Positions 1 through 11,625 of a DNA stretch of 64,000 bases are shown here, in pieces. The DNA comes from Camelus dromedarius (taxonomy: Eukaryota), in the NCBI RefSeq assembly GCF_036321535.1, contig NC_087453.1, positions 11,780,001 to 11,844,000 of the forward strand, read 5' to 3'. The position numbers and the translations under genes were made by a program. The notes under the pieces were generated by a model, which saw only the letters and a program-made list of their open reading frames with translations, made no database searches and was not told where the DNA came from. Within the stretch, counting starts at the first letter, position 1. Every line of letters starts with the position of its first letter.

Positions 1-119
1 TTACGGAGCTCAGGAGAAGCCCTAAGCCTGGGAAGGTTGCCACGAGCTGGGGGGCGTCTTTGCTATCTGACAGAGGGGAAGTGACACTCAGCCCTTATTA
101 TCCAGTCCCAGGGATCCGC

Positions 120-372
120 CCCCTCATTGTCACATCCAATTACACACGGGTTCCCCGGACTGGCACTCATTTTGTCCAATCGCTAGAGAGCAGATACGGA
201 CACTTACCCGAAGACTGACAGGAGCACCGACCAATCATAACCTGCATCCCACTTTCTCAGTGCCTGCAGGGGGCTTCCGGTTACTTAGCTTCTGCCGGAA
301 GCTGCGCGTTAGGTCCAGGTCTCAGCGTGTGCCGCCCAGCGCAGTGTCCTGGGCCGGCAGCAAACGAACTAC
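120..372. promoter_or_regulatory. Bidirectional CpG-type promoter of ACOT8 and a head-to-head partner gene (ZSWIM3 by synteny; its CDS is outside the window)
   Basis: CCAAT at 136-140, 176-180 and 231-235; inverted ETS/GABP pair CTTCCGG 274-280 and CCGGAAG 295-301; CpG-rich to about 660; no TATA box. Partner identity is inferred from known human gene order only. Confidence 0.7.
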
Positions 373-3300
373 ATGTCGTCCCCGCGGGCTCCAGAGGACG
401 GACAGGGCGACGGCGATCCTCCCAGGGACCTTCGCAGCGTCCTGGTCACTAGCGTGCTCAACCTCGAGCTGCTGGATGAGGATCTCTTCAGGTAGCCGGC
501 TGCATCTGGTCCGCGGACTACCCCCTACTGGGACGGAGGCTTCTGATCTTGACTGCCGCCACCTCGTTGCCCCTTCTTGTAGCGCCCAGGATGAGGATGG
601 GCTCTGCGCGGGATCCCTCTGCCGCGATTGGGAGGGAACTTGTGCCTGACATAGCTGGCCCGGCTTCCTCCTCGGCGCAGTGGTCTGCATATCCCATCCC
701 TAGGAGGTCCCGGCAATCTGGGCAAATAAAGGGGTAATCTAAGATATCCTCAGCAGACTCCCTTGAGGAGTCACGTCCCTGGGGGAGCCAGCTCCAAAGG
801 ACAGTGATTTGTCCAAGGGCACAAACTTATCTGCAGTTCATTGCATATTCACTGTCATTTTCTCTTATATACCCCATCCCCACCACCACTAGGTGGGGGT
901 CTAGTAGGTCTTTATTCATTCTGAGCCCTGTGCCAGTTTCCTTCCTGATGCCACTTAAATTCTTGACTGCTGGAGATTTAACAGTTTGGGCTTCCAAGGC
1001 CCCTCCTGGCTGATTGGAAGCTATTTTAGGCATTAACTTGTCTTCCCTGCCCACCCGCCCCTCTTAACAAATTACAAATAACTCCCTGGAGAGCTATTTA
1101 CAATGCATTATATGAAAAAATGCTAGGCTGGGCAGTGGGAAGTTGGAAACCTAAATCTTAAGTCTCCACAGGGCTCATGCACTGGGCAAAACTTTACACT
1201 TTGGGGGCCTCAGTGTCCTCATCTGTACACTGAAGGGGTTAGACTTGAAGTCTGAGGACCCTTTGAACTCAATCTAGTTCCTAGAAGAACTGTACTGTCG
1301 AAGTTGAGGGACATAGTGGCAGGCCTTAATGCAGTCGACTCCCAGCTTTGGTGGTTTGTCTTGGTCTACTCAACGCCTCGAGAAGTTTCTGCCTTACCCT
1401 GTTATAGGCAATGGAAGAAACACTGAATTTGGGGTCAAAAGATCCAGATGCTGCTCAGGATGGCAATATTTGAGCTGTGTGATCTTGCTCAAGTCAACTT
1501 CTCTGTCTGATCCCCTGTTCTCCTAGTGTAAAATATACAGTTGGTTCATTATCCTTAAGTGAAATCCACAGAAGGGTTGGGCGATCCTTCAGGCTTTGAA
1601 GAAGTTGTATGTAGAGTGATGTTAGGAAATCTGCCTGGAGAAAGGATCCATGGCTTTCACCAGATTCTCGAAGGATCCCAGACCCCAATCAGGTTTCGAG
1701 ATCCTGCACTAGAGGCTCATTGATAGTTGCAGGATTTGGCCCAGCCCCCAAGTCTTCCGTGCTTTCTCTCTCTCCCTACAGAGGAACACATTACTGGGTA
1801 CCTACAACCAAGCGGCTGTTTGGGGGTCAGATCGTGGGCCAGGCCCTGGTGGCTGCAGCCAAGTCTGTGAGTGAGGATGTCCACGTGCACTCCCTGCACT
1901 GCTACTTTGTTCGCAGAGGTAAATCACCCCCTCCCTACCCTGCCCCAGCCCTGGTGGCCCAGCAGCTACTTCTTCCTGGCCTTGGGGGTGCTGACTGAGG
2001 AGGAAGAGGGAGAGAGATGGAGGGGGAAGAGGAGGAGAGAGGGGTGGTGAGGGAGAGTTAGTGGATCACCCTCAGGGGACCCTAGAGAGGAATTAGGCCT
2101 GGAACCATGAAGGGCCTTAGATCTCATACCTGCTAAGACACTGGGGACTTCTTTTCTGGCTCAAGAGTTTGTTATTTAACTGTTTCCCGTGGGTCTTTGG
2201 TTCTTTATTCCTTACACACCTGGTGCCAGTGCTGTGCTGGGTCCTCAGAGGGGTGCTGTAACCTGAGTGTTTGGAGGCAGGCAGCTTAACTTGGAGAACA
2301 GCGCACCAGCCTGGGAATCTAGAGACCTTGGGCCTAGTTTGAGCTTTACCTTTGATTTGCCCTGCGACCTCGAGTGAGATAACCACCCTCCCCGGCCCCT
2401 CCTTCATCCCATCTGAAAAGTGGAGGAGGGATGGGACCGAGCGAGATCTCTATAGCTGCTTACAGGTCTGGGGTCAAATAAAGGAGGAGAGAGTAATTTT
2501 TTAAAACCCAGGCTCTCTTTTGAGAAACATCAAAATCTCACTTGCTTTCCCTCCCTTGCAAGCCAATGCTCCCAATTTTGACAGTCTCTTCTTCATAGTT
2601 CCATCAGCTGAGAAGAGTTTATGGTACTTTATAATATGTGATCCATATCTTAAAAAATGGGTTCCCCCCCTTATTTTACAAATATAAAAATAGTTAATAG
2701 TAAATACACCTTTTCATACTACATTCCCTTGCCCCTCACTTCCCATCCTTTTATTTCCTGTCCTGCCCTGACAGTCATAAAGTATTTGAATGCTTATCTC
2801 GGGGCAGGCCAGCCACCTTGTTAACCTTTATGCTAGTTGGGAGCAAATGTGCTCTTTGTTTCCTCAGTTTGGTTGAAAACTCCAAAACTGCTAGCCTTTT
2901 GATATTGTAATCCTTCTAGCCTAGTGAGACAGTCTTGTTTTATTTTGTGGGGGTGGGGACATTACCTGATCCCTTACTCAGTTTCATTGTCTTGTTTCTG
3001 AAAAGAATTCTAAGAGTCTTTGCAGGCAGGTTAAATAACTAGTGCAGGGCCTGGCATGTTATGGGTTTTCCATAAATGATTGCTATCAGTATTTTTTGAT
3101 GATGAATTTATGGGAGTAATTAAAATATGCATTTTACAGAGCACAGCTTTGTACCTTGTTTAATCCTCATAAGTAAACAGAGGGGGTGAGCATTCTTGCC
3201 ACCATTCTACTTGTAAGGAACCTTGGACCCAAAGTGGTTATGTAAGCAGCTCCCACAAGTGCTCAGAGCGGCAGAGCCGAGATTTGAACTTGAGTTTGTG

Positions 3301-6300
3301 TGGCTCCAAGCTCTACACTCTGGCTTCCTTCTGCGCTTTTCTCTTCCACTCTTGGGCAATAATTCCAAACCATGAGAGAGCCCATCCCAGCTTCCAGGGG
3401 AAGGATCCACTTCTTTGGAAATTCTCCAGCGAGGGGCAGTCTGAAATGAGCTGGGCTCACACTCGTATTTCATAATAATCACCAATTATTTGTGTCCCTA
3501 CCTGCTTCTTGGAAGCCTGCAAGATGGCTTAAAATAATTGACAGCTATTATAGGCCTATTAAAATAAAAGTCAAGGCAGATTAGGAGTATGGAATTAACA
3601 GATACAAACTACTATGCATAAAATAGAAGCAACAAGGATTTACTGTATAGCACAGAGAATTATATTGAATATCTTATAATAACCTATAATGGAATATAAT
3701 CTGCAAATAAAGATAAATAACAAAGTATGGAAAAAATAAAACATTTGGTACAAAATTTTAAAAAATAATGGTAAATAAAATTCAAGGGCCAAGAGGCTAG
3801 TAGTAATGGGATTTGGTGGAAATGATCAAAAAATTAGGCTAAGGCATATTGTTGCAATTTTATATAAAAATTAGTTCTGAGCTTCCTGGCAGCAAGGCAA
3901 AAAGGGAAGCTCTTTTATTAGTTTGTGATGTGACCCCCTTGATGACCAGGTACATCAAGATTTATGAACAGTGATGGTGCTCCAATGTTATTTGAAAATA
4001 AAAGATACTGGGAGTCCTTGGCCATTTATCATATCAATTCTTTTTGTAAAAGCCTGGAATAGAATGTTGGTCAGTTAGGGGTTTTGGTTTGTATTTTGAT
4101 TTACAAAAAAGTATTTATAGGATAGGTAGAAGAGTGTAATCCAGGAGTCATCTGACTGGTATAGGTTTAGAACTTGGAGACTCTATAGCAATAGTCAAAA
4201 AACATTCTGTAAAGGGCCAGATAGTAAATATTTTAGGTTTTGTGGGCAAAAGCACTAGCAGACACTATAAACAAATGGGCTTGACTGTATACCAAAAAAT
4301 GTTCTTTAGGGCATCAGTTTCCTCATCTATACAATGAGGGTAAAGCCCACTTTGCATAGTTAATGTGAGACCAACGGGAGAAAAGATACCATAGTAACTG
4401 TAAAAGATTTGTACACAGAAACCTCTACTGAGTTGGGAGGCCAGAAGGGGAAGATCTCACACCCTACAACAATAGCAGAGACCAGCAGGAAGAGAAAAGA
4501 CTTCTCTTCTTTCCTGCCGAGGACTCAGCCAATGAAAAGCCACGTATTCTTTGTTTTTTATAGCCCTCTCAACTATACTATACTATAGCCCTCCCTTTTC
4601 CCCTCAATAAGAGCATTCTCCTTCCTCTGCTGTGCAGAGGACTTGCACGTGGATTGTCATGGTTGCAGATCCTGAATTGCAATTCTGTTCCCTAATAAAC
4701 TCATCTTTGCTGGAGAAATATCTGGCAGCCTCTTTGTTGCCAGTCAACATGACTAATGCACTCTGTAACTGTTAGCTCCCTTCCTTCAATATATTGCAGA
4801 GCCTACCTGCTCTTCTCCAATAAGAATTTTGAAGAGCAGGTCTGGAACTCGTTCACATTGAAGGGTAAATCACTAGTAACTGAAAGTACTGTATTTTGCT
4901 GCAGCCCAAGGATTGGATGAAAGCTAATTTTTTTTTTTTTAAGTTCATTGATAGGGAAGGGAGACCTCCTTCCCAGCCCCTAGAATCAGGCTGCACTTGT
5001 AGCTATTTCCAGTGTCTGGACTCTTGGGAAGCCATTCTCAAAGGCTTTTGACCTTGAGGAACCCCCATTCTGATAAAAATGCCCCTTTGGCGATGTTGAG
5101 TAATAAACCTCCGAGCCAACCCCCTGGGCTTCAGGGTTCACAGTGCTGTTTATTGCTGTTGAATGAGCCTCCAGTGTCTGGAGGGTTCTCCATTTGGTTG
5201 GGGTGGAGGAAGTAACACTTCCCTAGAACTGCTTCTTTCATCTCAATGTTGAAAATCATCCCATCTCACTACCTACGTGGCAGGGTTCTCCAAGGTCGGT
5301 CTGACTCAGACGAAAGGAATTCAGGGACACCAGGAAGACTCGCTCCCTCTAAAGACCCTCTCCAACCTGTTTGTTGGGGGCTGATAGTCCTCACCCTAGG
5401 GCCAGTGTCTTCCATCCTGCATTGGGATCACAGATACTGAAGGAGAAAGGCCAGGTGGCTTCCATTTGCATTAAGGATGAAGTAACTGACAGCAGCCTTT
5501 TCCTGAGAGAATGAATATTCAGACAATGGCCAGATCATATAGAAAATAGAACTCTGACCCACAGTTGGTAGCAACGAGCACAGGAAGCCAACCTGTTGGC
5601 TACAAATGGGACTTGTGGGAAGTCAGACCATCATCTCTAGTAACTGATCCAAGAAGCTGGACCATAGCCCCTGTAACAGTCAGCCCCAAATGGCCTGGAC
5701 TTGATTAATAACTGACAGCTTCCCTAATTTCTGCCCCTGCTTCCAACTTAGGACCAACCAGGGAAAGCCAAACCTGTACCCCTAACCAATTACATAGGCT
5801 CCTGCTTCTAGTTAGCCTGCCTACAGCTTTCCCCCAGCCAACAGCCTCCAAGCAGGGCTTACCTGAAACCTTTTTTCTCACTGTCAAGCTTTCCCACTCC
5901 TCTGTGTGCCTTGGAGTCTCTGCCAAACTTTAAGTGATAGTGGATGACTCCCTTGCTGTACTAAACTCTGAGTAAATAGCCTCTGCTTGTTCTAAAAAGA
6001 AGAAGGAGAAGAAAGAAAACAGAAGAAAAAAAAAGTCAGCAGGCCAGATCTGCTGTCCCCTGATCTAGAAAAATGGTACTGGACTATGACAAGATCCTAG
6101 TCACACAGGGAACAAGACAAAAACTGAGGCTATTTATTTAACAAACCCCTACAGAGCACTTACTATGTGCCATATATTATTCTAAACACTTTATAACTCT
6201 GAATTCATTTAATCCTCATTAAAATCCTGAAAGGATCCCAGTTTCGCAGGTTAACTGCTCAGAGAGGTTAAGTTACTTTCTCAAGGTCACACGGCTGGTG

Positions 6301-9300
6301 AGCGGTAGAGCTGGGCTTTAAACGCAGGGAATCTGGCAATGTCCCTTCTGTTCTGTACTATTGACAGAGAGGGGCTCCGCCTGCACCGGGAGCATCTAGA
6401 TGACAGAATCCGGTGTTCTCTGTATCTCCAGGACCTGGGCCTTAGGCCTCAGTCAGTAGCTACTGAGCAGAAGAGAGGAGAACGAGCAGCAGAGGTGCCC
6501 CCTCACCCCACCGCTATGGTGATGGTGACCGGGACTAAGGGGCTCACTCAGGCTCACCGTGTCCCCTGTGCCTGCTGCAGGGGACCCGAAGGTGCCGGTG
6601 CTATACCAGGTGGAGCGGACGCGAACAGGGGCGAGCTTCTCTGTGCGCTCTGTGAAGGCCGTGCAACATGGCAAGCCCATCTTCATCTGCCAGGCCTCCT
6701 TCCAGCGGGCCCAGCCCAGCCCCATGCAGCACCAGTTCTCCATGCCCACTGTGCCCCCACCGGAGGAGGTGCTTGGCCACGAGACCCTCATTGACCGGTA
6801 TTTAAGGTGAGAGACCTGGAGTCTTCAGGACTGTGTTCAGACTGCAGTTACTGCCTGTTAGCGGGTCATGGGGTCCTTTAGTGGATCTTGACCAGCATTT
6901 TAAAAAAATAGACTAGAAAAGAAGATACTGGAGGGTCTGGCCTGTCATAAGGGCAGGAATCCTGTTGTGTGTGAGAGCATGTGTATTGGATTGCAATGTG
7001 AAATACAGGGCTTGTGATTCAGACAGTTCAGGTAGTGGTACAGCTTTACTGGTTGTTAAAATATTGAAAAACTTCTATAACCGCTTGGTAAATGCTCACC
7101 TTCCCCATCCCTGAGTGATCTGCCCCCTACTTCGGGGTCTCCCATGATGCAGCAGCCTGGCAGGGGTGAGGGTCCCTGCTGCAGAGTGATGGCCCCGCTG
7201 CCTTTCCTGTAGTGTGTTTAAGTATTCTGAACATCACCTGGTCAAAGAGATTACTTACTTGGATCACAGCTAAGAAAGTTGGAAAAATGCCAGGGCAGCA
7301 GAAGGAGCTCTGGGTCCTGACACAGGACAGTCACATGGATTTGGGCCAGCCCACCTGCTGTGTGCCTTTGGCCAACTCCCCAGCCTCTCAGAGCCCTGCT
7401 TCTTCATCTGAGAAACGGGAACAGTTGTCTCTGCCCTGCCTGCTTCACCACTGTATCATAAAAAGAGCTCCGCTCCTTCTGCCGCACGAGGTGGGGCAGG
7501 ATGATGGGATGGGAACGGAGGTAGGCTTGAACCTGGGAAAGCCCTAGGTTCAAATCTGGACTCTGTCACTGCCAGCTGTGTGAGTTTGGTGAGTTGCTCT
7601 CCCACCCTGTGCTCTCAGTTATCATAATTCCTAATCATAATTCCTACCTCAGAAGACTGCTGTGAGGATTAAATGAGAGAATAGGTAGTAAGGCACTGGT
7701 GAGTGCTCAGTAAATTGACGTTATAGCAGTATTGACAGAGAGCACTATATAAGCATGGAGCCTGGGAGCCTGGGATGTGGTCAGAACCCAGAGATGTTTG
7801 GGAAATGAAAGGAAGACATTGTTCCTAAAGGTCTCTAAATCTACTGGTGTGCTTGAGAAGCCACTAACCATAGGTGGCTATAAGAAGTTGATTAATGTTT
7901 AAGAGAATTAGCAGTTCTATTCCTCAGTCACACTGCCACAGCTCAAGCCCTCGAAAGCCACATGCTGCTAGTGGCTACCATAGTGGACAGTGAAGATCTA
8001 GAAACTTCCATCATCACAGAAGGTTCTTTTAGACGGTGCTTGAGAGGATAGGGATGGAAATGGAAATACCAGGGAAGAGCATGAGGGGTGATCGTTACTG
8101 GAGCGAAGGGGGTTCCCTGGCTGGGACACAGTGTCCCCAGTTACTCAGGTTATACCTGGGTCCAGCAGGGAGCCTGTTTTCTGAGTATTTAGAATAGAGA
8201 AGTGGTTAAGAGTACGAACCATGGAGCCAGACGGCCTGCGTCAGAAACCCGCCTTCTCTTCCCGCTTCTTCCCACTCCCTGAGCAAGCTACCTGCACTCT
8301 CTGTGCTGCCTTCATTTATCAGGCGGCAGTGATGCTAGCACTGATCTCACAGGGGTGTGGAAGGTGTGTGAAATGCCTGGAACGGTGCCTGTTACAGGGT
8401 ACGCCATGGGACTCTATGATGTGTTGACTTTAGATGCATTATCTTGTTTTCTCCAGTTTGGTTACTGGCATTATCCACATTTTGCAGATGGGAAGGCAGG
8501 CTGAGAGATTACTAACTTGCACAAGGCCACAGGGCTCTTAAGGGGCAATGAAGGGATGCAAATACTATCCTGTCCTGCCTGCCAGAGGGAGGGAAGCTCT
8601 GGGGATAAGTCGGGAGTCCCTAGAGAGGAATGAAGGTGGTCAGAAGAGGCAGCTCAGAGGAGAGGCCCCCCATCTCCCTGGGTCTCCCCCAGTCCATCTT
8701 CCCTTTACTTTCAGGGACCCTAACCTCCAGGAGAAGTACCGAGTGGGGCTGAACCGAATTGCTGCCCAGGAGGTGCCCATTGAGATCAAGCTGGTAAACC
8801 CTCCCACTCTGGGCCAGATGCAGAGCATGGAGCCAAGACAGATGTTCTGGGTGCGAGCTCGGGGCTATATTGGTAAGAGGACCCTGTGGACTGGAGGAAA
8901 ACACTCTCTGGGGGTCTAGACCTGCACCTCATTTGCCCTGTGTGGCCTTAGGCATGTTACTTCCCCTCTCTGGGCCTGTTTCCTTATCCACATGATGGGG
9001 AAGTTGGCTCAGCCCCTTGCATGGGGAGAACGGGGAGGTGACTATCATCCTAACGTCAGCCCTTTCTGGGGAAGGCAAGACACCTTGCCGAGTGAAATTC
9101 TCCAGGTCCGCTGTTAACCGTAAGGTGCCTTTGTGCAAATTGGAAAAACTTCCAGGGTCCAGGGAGGGACACCTGGGGAATGAAGACTGGATTTCAACCC
9201 TCACTCACCCCGCCCTCCCCCGTCCCCACCTCCCTTATTCCCCGTCACAAACAACCTCTGACCAGGTGCCCTCATGCATTTGAACAGTCTGCATATTTGT

Positions 9301-11090
9301 GCATGGCAGCCCCTTTCGCCCCACCTCTCTGCAGGTCCTGAGCTGTAAAGCCCAGGAGCCCAGGGATGATGGGGCCGGAACCTGTTGCAGGGGAGGGCGA
9401 CATCAAGATGCACTGCTGCGTGGCCGCCTACATCTCAGACTATGCCTTCCTGGGCACAGCACTACTGCCCCACCAGTGTCAGCATACGGTGCGCTTCATG
9501 GTCTCCCTGGACCACTCCATGTGGTTTCACGCTCCTTTCCGAGCTGACCACTGGATGCTCTATGAGTGTGAGAGCCCCTGGGCTGGTGAGTGTCAGGCCA
9601 CGTGGGATGAGGGTGTTGACCTTGGGGTGGCAAGGGGCCTGCTTTTTGGGGTGACGCCTCCCCCGCCCCCGACTCCAGCCCACTTCCCCTGGAGCACCAC
9701 ACAGATCACTTCCTCTCCTGCCCCCCTAGGCTGTGGCATCCTTGTCTTCAAAATGACAGGGTGAGGCCTGAGATTGGGACACCTGCTCAGCTCTTAATTT
9801 CTGTATAACATGATGGGAAAGTGATTCACTTTATCTCACAGACTCAGGTCTAGTCTAGAACCACTTCAGGTTCTCTGTATGATCTTGGGCAAGTCCCATC
9901 TCTCCTCTGAGCTTGTTTCCCCATCTAAACAAACAGGGTTGTATTAGAGCAGAGGTATCCAAAGCTTGTGGCCCATCAGACCACTACTTGGGAGAGCTTT
10001 TTCAAAACATTGTGATTCTACCCCCAAGATTCTGACTCTGCAGGTCTTAGATAAGGTCCAGGAAACTATTTTTAAGAAGCTCCCTGAGTGATTCTGACAA
10101 TTAACCTGGTTGGTGGTGGTCAGGGCACTCGACAGTCTCCCAGGGCCCCACTACTTGGACACTCCTTATGGTGATAAGAGAGAAGCCCAGAATTCTCAAG
10201 GAAGTAACATTTCAAGTGAAGAAAAGCTTTGTGAAACAGGGACAAAACTTAAAGGACGCTTTAAACTCAGGGCAGGGGGGTTCTCAAGTACCAACAGCAT
10301 CAGGAACAACCACCTTGAAGTTCGTTCTCTTGGGTTTGGGTTTGGCCTGATCATTAAGGCCAAGTTCCTGAGCCTCTCTGGACTGTAGTGTCATCTGAAA
10401 AGTGGGACAAAACCAGCTTCACTTGGCTACTGTGAGAACTAAGTGAACGCTACTGCGGTAAGACAAACCAGCAGTTCCCTTCTGAAACATCAGACTCAGG
10501 CCCAGGGCAGGCAAGGGAGAATCCCTTGGTGGGGAGGGAGGGTTGCCCCTTTGGGTTGGGCATAGCTCTTTTTCTTTGTTTTTTAAATGAATGACCAGCC
10601 TGGAGGGCCTGGTTTGACTTATTATAAAGGGAACTGATTAGTTTCCTAACACAAGTGGCCAGAAGCAGGGCAGATCTATTTAACCAAGCTATGAGGACTG
10701 TTCTCAGAACTTCTCCCCTTGAGATCTTTTTGAGGAAGCCAGCAGATACGTGAAAGTGCTTTTAAATTGCCAGGCGGGGTTCCCATGGGAGGCGTTAACC
10801 CCAGTGACCCAATGTAATGGACTCCTAAAAGGGCACGTGGAGGTTGGGAGTGACCACAGCACCCAGCGTGCCTGCGATGGGGTAGCCCACCCTGAGTCCC
10901 ACCTTTTTCAAGGAGCCCGTTTGGCTGTGCTGGAGAGAGAAGACCGTTCTTACCCTTCCTTTTGCCTGCAGGTGGCTCCCGGGGCCTGGTTCAAGGGCGG
11001 CTGTGGCGTCAGGACGGGGTCCTGGCTGTGACCTGTGCCCAGGAAGGTGTGATCCGAGTGACACCCCAGGGCTCAAAGAGCAAGTTGTAG
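373..11090 (+). CDS. ACOT8: Peroxisomal acyl-CoA thioesterase 8, 6 coding exons, 317 aa
   Basis: Exons 373-491, 1782-1918, 6581-6806, 8715-8872, 9391-9585, 10972-11090; all GT-AG and phase-consistent (954 nt). Translation MSSPRAPEDGQG...LFGGQIVGQALVAAAKSV...AYISDYAFLGTA...SLDHSMWFH...AQEGVIRV...SKL* (TesB-type thioesterase, C-terminal PTS1 SKL). Confidence 0.98.
3575..3720 (+). mobile_element. LINE-1 3' end fragment (cetartiodactyl type)
   Basis: ggagtatggaattaacagatacaaactactatgcataaaatag...gatttactgtatagcacagagaattatattgaatatcttataataacctataatgg followed by an A-rich tail. Confidence 0.7.
4190..4300. mobile_element. MER58-like hAT DNA transposon fragment
   Basis: ttctgtaaagggccagatagtaaatattttaggttttgtgggc, recognised by eye as the MER58 core. 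Confidence 0.6.
4399..4749 (+). mobile_element. Solo ERV LTR inserted into a MIR
   Basis: TG...CA termini (tgtaaaag...gtcaaca), internal CCAAT and AATAAA motifs; MIR-like sequence on both flanks. Confidence 0.6.
5437..5993 (+). mobile_element. ERV1-class (MER-type) LTR
   Basis: Starts tgaaggaga; contains ggaccaaccagggaaagccaaa...cctaaccaattacatagg...gagtctctgccaaa...gactcccttgctgtactaaactctgagtaaatagcctctgcttgttct, typical of old eutherian ERV1 LTRs. Subfamily not assigned. Confidence 0.6.
7890..8042. mobile_element. MER3-like hAT fragment
   Basis: cctcagtcacactgccacagctcaagccctcgaaagccacatgctgctagtggctaccatagtggacagtg...ttccatcatcacagaaggttc. Confidence 0.6.
9945..10095. mobile_element. 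MER5A-like hAT fragment
   Basis: gagcagaggtatccaaagcttg...gattctgactctgcaggtcttagataaggtccaggaaactatttttaagaagctccctgagtgattctga. Confidence 0.5.
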
Positions 11091-11193
11091 CCAGAGGTAC
11101 CAGCTTGGCCTGGGGCTTCAAGGCTCTCCCTTCTACCCAGACTCCTGAGGCAGGAGTTACAGTCCAGGGCTGGGCCCTCTGTCTGTGGCATCC

Positions 11194-11199
11194 AATAAA
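11194..11199 (+). terminator. ACOT8: ACOT8 polyadenylation signal
   Basis: AATAAA about 104 nt after the stop codon. Confidence 0.85.
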
Positions 11200-11227
11200 G
11201 AGACGCATACCATTGGAGCTGCTGGCC

Positions 11228-11233
11228 TTTAAT
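11228..11233 (-). terminator. SNX21: Candidate SNX21 polyadenylation signal
   Basis: tttaat on + reads ATTAAA on -; the first AATAAA/ATTAAA hexamer I found downstream of the SNX21 stop at 11626. Confidence 0.5.
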
Positions 11234-11625
11234 TCCCCTGGGCCAGAACTGCAGCCCTCCCTCCAGCCATCAACTCCAGGATTCCAGAGGCAGAGTCCCT
11301 GGCCCTTTGGCCAGGCTGCCTCTGGCTTGGAGGCCCAAGGAAAGGGGAACATTGACCCTGACCTGGGGCACAGTCCCCAGATATTCATAAGCTGGAGAGG
11401 CTGCATCAGACTTTCTCCCTGCACCATCCTAGCCCAAGCTTGTCCTGAGCCCAGCTCAACAGAACCATGTTTCCTTGGTCTGCTGCAGATTCTCTGTGGA
11501 GCTTCTAGGGGTTCCCAGCACCCCCTATAGCCTCCCAGCTGCTGTCCATGTCCTCATCAGCCCCAACTCCAGCGCCCATCTAGGGGCAGTGCCTCTCCCC
11601 ACAGTGGCCTTCAGTCTGGGCCAGG

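Noticed and set aside
260-737. Overlapping 60-129 aa ORFs across the ACOT8 start
   Set aside because: GC-rich stop-poor sequence; the real exon (ATG 373, donor 492) is in a frame not listed, and the ORFs resemble no family I recognise.
1998-2062. Polypurine tract in ACOT8 intron 2 (possible H-DNA)
   Set aside because: Interrupted low-complexity sequence without clear mirror symmetry; common in mammalian introns.
7621-7646. 13-bp tandem duplication atcataattccta
   Set aside because: Lies inside a MIR; an ordinary slippage indel.
10825-11530. 200-aa and 175-aa ORFs over the ACOT8/SNX21 3' UTRs
   Set aside because: Alternative or antisense frames of GC-rich UTR and exon sequence; no recognisable domain or splice support.
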